Positions 63,837 to 64,000 of a stretch of DNA of 64,000 bases are shown in pieces. This stretch comes from Glaucostegus cemiculus (taxonomy: Eukaryota): the NCBI GenBank assembly GCA_976551045.1, contig CDPCPM010000005.1:1178001-1242000 (forward strand). Reading direction: 5' to 3'. Made by a program: the position numbers and the translations under genes. The notes under the pieces were generated by a model. The model made no database searches. It was not told where the DNA came from and was given only the letters and a program-made list of their open reading frames with translations. The number at the start of each line of letters is the position of its first letter. Positions within the stretch are counted from its first letter, which is position 1.

Positions 63837-64000
63837 CAGGTCCTTCTCAGGTTATGAACATCCCACTTATGGACAGCCTACAAATGAACGGTCATTTGGG
63901 AGACCAGCAGGATAGATTTGCTGTCTGCCGCGAGGCTGCAGGCATCTTCTGCCGGGTGGGAACGGAACAGGGCGTTTCCGCATGACTCCTCTCCCAACCC
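63837..64000. mobile_element. Possible Tigger/pogo-type DNA transposon end (runs off the window)
   Basis: TA followed by CAGGTCCTTCTCAGGTTATGAAC, resembling a Tigger TIR; partner TIR not in the window. Confidence 0.45.

Noticed and set aside
1-64000. Prokaryotic-type systems (CRISPR arrays, operons, defence islands)
   Set aside because: No repeat-spacer array or dense gene packing; the sequence is vertebrate intronic DNA.

Overview
Eukaryotic, repeat-dominated genomic DNA, most likely from a cartilaginous fish (ray or shark), inferred from V-SINEs, Deu-domain SacSINE-like SINEs, and CR1, Rex1/Babar, RTE and Penelope-like elements. There are no prokaryotic features, and most of the ORF track is spurious or transposon-derived. 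Manual splice-site reading gave a phase-consistent chain of up to 9 small + strand exons (4742..62896, 735 nt, 244 aa plus stop) from a gene I cannot name. It appears to end tail-to-tail, with overlapping 3' UTRs, against the terminal exon of an unidentified - strand gene (63237..63376). The introns contain three young Rex1/Babar copies (one with a 40-bp target-site duplication), a young 5'-truncated CR1, and nested solo LTRs. They also contain an 80-bp-arm hairpin, decayed Penelope-type hammerhead ribozyme motifs, and several short insertions copied from nearby sequence. Boundaries of old repeats are approximate, and exon calls are unverified predictions.
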